Source: Raillietiella orientalis (Eukaryota). Taken from it: 64,000 bases of DNA. Where the stretch lies: positions 3,162,001-3,226,000 of the forward strand of contig JAYWIR010000006.1 of the NCBI GenBank assembly GCA_036172245.1, written 5' to 3'. How positions within the stretch are numbered: position 1 is the first letter of the stretch; each line of letters begins with the position of its first letter. The position numbers and the translations under genes were made by a program. Positions 60,811-64,000 of this stretch are shown in pieces. The notes beneath the pieces were generated by a model. That model did not search any database. It was not told where the DNA came from and worked only from the letters and a program-made list of their open reading frames with translations.

Positions 60811-62449
60811 AGAAGAAGGAAAGAAAGTTCCGTTTCATTCCTCCTCGTTTTCCTCCTTTCAACGGGAGACGGGTCGGCGAGCTGCCTCGCGCGGGGGCAT
60901 CGTGTGACCTGGGTACGTCATCCAATGACTTGGGCACCGAAACACTTGGTCGTCTCAACTTGCGGGTTTTATCCCCCACCTCCCTCCCCGACTTCGCGCA
61001 TTCATTTTCAGGGTTTACTCTGAAAACTCCCTTTGGTCCAGTCATTTCCCTCCTTTGTCCGGGGAAAGGAAACGTCGATCGGTGTGCACCATGGCGTTTC
61101 TTGTGGCCATCCCGGATCGCGCTTCGGGCGGCCGGGTTCCTCGATCCTTGCGCTCCCGACGCCTGCCGTGTGCCGGAAAAAACGGGAGGCTCCGGTCACT
61201 CCGGGCGCCCGCTGGGCAAGGACCGCGTCCGAACGCTGCCGGCGGACCTACGCTGCCTGCCCTGAACGCGTGTGTGACTTCCCGGAAAATGAACTCGGGG
61301 TTTTTTTCCTTTTCTTTTCCTTTCTCCTTTTTTTTTTTTTTTTTTTTGTCTTCTCATGCCGTACGTCGTCACGTGACTCGGATCTTGAAAGGAAACGCCA
61401 TGTAAGGGAAAAGCTCTTCAGGTAGAAATAGAACGGTGGATTCGAAATTCGCCATTTTCCGGCAAGTAGATCACCGAATGTGTGACTTTCACCTACCATT
61501 AATAAAGTTCTGGGGCCTGTCCTTTCAAGTCGAGCGGTTCGTTTTCGGGCAGCGTGCGTCGCCCGCATGTCTCGTGGGGCCGTTTGAGCGATGAGAGTGT
61601 TGACCCACTCCCCATTTCTGCAACAGCCTTCCCCCAAAGCGGCATCTTGGATGCTCTTTCCGTCTCCCGGACGCAGCCGCTGCCCCCGAAACGGACAGGC
61701 GCGCGGGTCTTCGCTCGTCGGGGAGTCCAGCGCTGCGAGGTGTGGCCAGTCCCCACGAACGGCGTGGACCCCGGCGAGCAGGACGTCGCGTGCTCAAGCG
61801 TTTCGTGTGGACGAACGTCGGGCGAAAGAGACGGGTCGGCGGCGGCTCAGCAGCGACCCCGAAACGCTTCCAGGGAGCGTTCCCGCCGCAGGAGCGGGAG
61901 GTCGGCGGCTTTCTTCCCACCCGAGGAATTTTTCGAGGAACCGAATCCTCCGCCGCGCTTTCGTACGGTACACGTGAATTTCGCACGCACGCACACGTGC
62001 ACAAGCTCCGGCCAGAAATCCCACCTTCGATCTTGCAGGAGAGCGCAAGCGCCGCGAGGCAGCGAAAGAAGTGACGGCGGAGGTGGACTCCGCCTCCGCC
62101 CGGTCGTGTCGCTTCCAGAGAATTCGCCTCGCGTTCGCTCCGCGGCTGAACGTCGTTTCTCGCTGCCCCTGGCCTTCCTGTTGTTTCCCCGCGCTCCTGT
62201 TTGTCAGCGGTTCGAACCTCTTTCCGTGTCCTTCGAACGACCGTCTTTTCCGGCGAATGGGGACTCTCACGTCAGGTCAATACGTTTTCATAGGGCCGCC
62301 GCTGATTTCACCGAGTTGTCTTCGTGAAGGTCTCACGCGCACCTTCCCCCCCCCCCCCCACATACGTACAGACAAGCACTCTCCCCGCAGAGACTTGAAT
62401 TTCCTGGCCACCTCTCGCGATTGTCCTCCGCGCGCGTGCAGCTTGGGAA

Positions 62450-63250
62450 CGGCGACTGCGGGTGGGGATTGCCACCGTTTGCACCCGCAGCTGCCGAATG
62501 CTTCGCTCGATTTCCGAGCATGCGGTCAGCTGGGAGTCCCTCAGGTGGTTCAGGTGTGGTGGCCGAAGAGCAAAACCACTCAACGGGGGACCTACAGCGT
62601 CTCGGCAGCCGGCGTAGGGAGGTCGGTTTTGCTCCAGCCTTCAGCAAACAAGCGGACAAACAAGAAAGCAAAAAAGAATGCAAGCCGGCCGAAGCGACCG
62701 CCTTCCTGCTCTTTCTGCTCGTCGCCCGCGCTTCCTTGAGGCTCCGACGTCACCGGCGCTTCCCTTTCTTTTACGCGGTGCGGATGGCTTGGGACCTCCC
62801 GCCGAACGCCCTCGTGGCGAAGCCGTGTAGGACCACCGTCGCTCCGTGTGTGCGGCGTTTTTCGAGATGCGGCGCCTTCCGGAAACCTCGGGAGATGGCG
62901 CCGCGCAAAGCGCCGGGCCGCCTTGAGGGGTCAGGGAAGCGGCGACTTTCCCGTTCCCCTTCTTTCCTCTCCGCGCCGGACGCCAACTCCCAAGGGGCTT
63001 CCTGCCTCTACTTGCGGTCCCCCCGCCTTTCCCCCGTTCCCGCGGGCGCTGCGCCAGGCGGCGCAGGACATGTCAGCGGGGCAGGTCCGCCTCGGTGCTG
63101 CGCGAGCGGTCGCCGGCGAACCGTCCTCTCTCTTCACCTCGGTGCCCTCTGTGGATGCGTCCTTCCTGCGAAGGGAGTTCCGAGGATGTGACCGTGGCTG
63201 CTGCAGGCCGCTGTCCAGGGAGTTCATCCTCCTTTCGTAGTGCTGCCGCT
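62450..63250 (+). mobile_element. Decayed R1/LOA-like RT fragment
   Basis: In ORF 62421-63191: STGDLQRLGSRRREVGFAPAFSK; AWDLPPNALVAKPCRTTVAPCVRR (WGL.P..L..LY.T.V.P-like); RLEGSGKRRL...SAPDANSQGASCLYLRSPRL (QR..L...A..T.S..AL....PPL-like). Confidence 0.55.
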
Positions 63251-64000
63251 GCAGGAGTACGAGCCGCGCGTTCCCAAGTTGCCCGCTGCCCGCTCGCCGG
63301 ACAGCAGTGTTTCTTCTTGCGAGGGCAGGTGAAAGATGCGGAGCCGGTCCATCCGGCTTGGGATGCGGATCTTCCGCAGCATCGATTCTGCGCACGCCCG
63401 AACGCAGTTCGCAAGTGGGAGGATGGAATGGAAGAAAAGAAAAAAAAAAAAAAAAAAAAAAAAAACGGAAGAAGAAAGGAACCGGTGTCCCGATTGGGCG
63501 ATGCGCCGCGCGCTCTGCACGCCCTCCGGGCATCGGTGGTTCCGCTGAGTCTTCGCGCACCCGCGAGCGGCGCGCGAAGGAAAGACTTCGTGGCAACCGC
63601 AGGGGACGAGTCGGCCCCTCGCGCGCGCGACGCCCGAGATGCACTCGCTACTGCCGCGCGACTACATCCCAGGTGACCGAGGAGGTCTGTGCCCTGCGCG
63701 GACAGCGACCTCTTCGCTCCCGCGACTCCGGGAAGGACGACTCGCGCGTGGGAGGGAGTTCCGCGGGGAAGCTGTGGAGGTGCTGCGGAAGAAGTCAGCT
63801 GCGCGTTGCGCTCGCCTGGTGTGCTTCGCCCTCCCGGCTTCCGGCGTGGCTTGCCCCCGAGGGACCGAAGTTTCTCCGCGCTAATCTGGAAAATCTTGGA
63901 CAGAATCTTTTATCTGCAGCTTTGCCCCCGGTGGCCCGAGGGTTTCCCGTCGGACCAGTCGCGAACGCCCACCCACCCGCCGGATTGCTGCGGGTCGTGC

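Noticed and set aside
1..64000. Trypanosomatid-type genome or reassigned stop codons
   Set aside because: Poly-pyrimidine and TG tracts are suggestive, but there are no long intronless genes. Cis-splice signals, AATAAA, SINEs and a CENP-K-like exon fit a metazoan with the standard code.

Overview
Eukaryotic (metazoan, probably invertebrate/arthropod-like) genomic DNA. It is GC- and CpG-rich and full of homopolymer runs and microsatellites. None of the long ORFs in the six-frame track looks like a real protein. Supported content: (1) the terminal coding exon and poly(A) signal of a divergent CENP-K-like gene at 3696-3866 (+); (2) a CpG-island-like, apparently bidirectional promoter at about 11.5-12.9 kb, plus a second promoter-like module at about 7.0-7.3 kb; (3) about ten heavily decayed non-LTR retrotransposon fragments (R1/LOA/I-like RT, one gag-like knuckle) and a probable Sola-like DDE transposase relic; (4) a recent 444-bp near-identical inverted duplication (20865-21308 / 24513-24956); (5) two diverged copies of a ~0.7-kb tRNA-headed SINE plus other SINE heads; (6) about 50 kb of probable intronic/regulatory DNA with isolated splice-like signals and many RFX X-box-like, forkhead and CRE motifs; (7) an exact-period 31-bp degenerate minisatellite. 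All protein-family calls come from by-eye motif recognition, not database searches. I found no convincing evidence of a new biological system. The best leads are the paired minus-strand first exons pointing towards CENP-K, the X-box/forkhead motif cluster and the inverted duplication.
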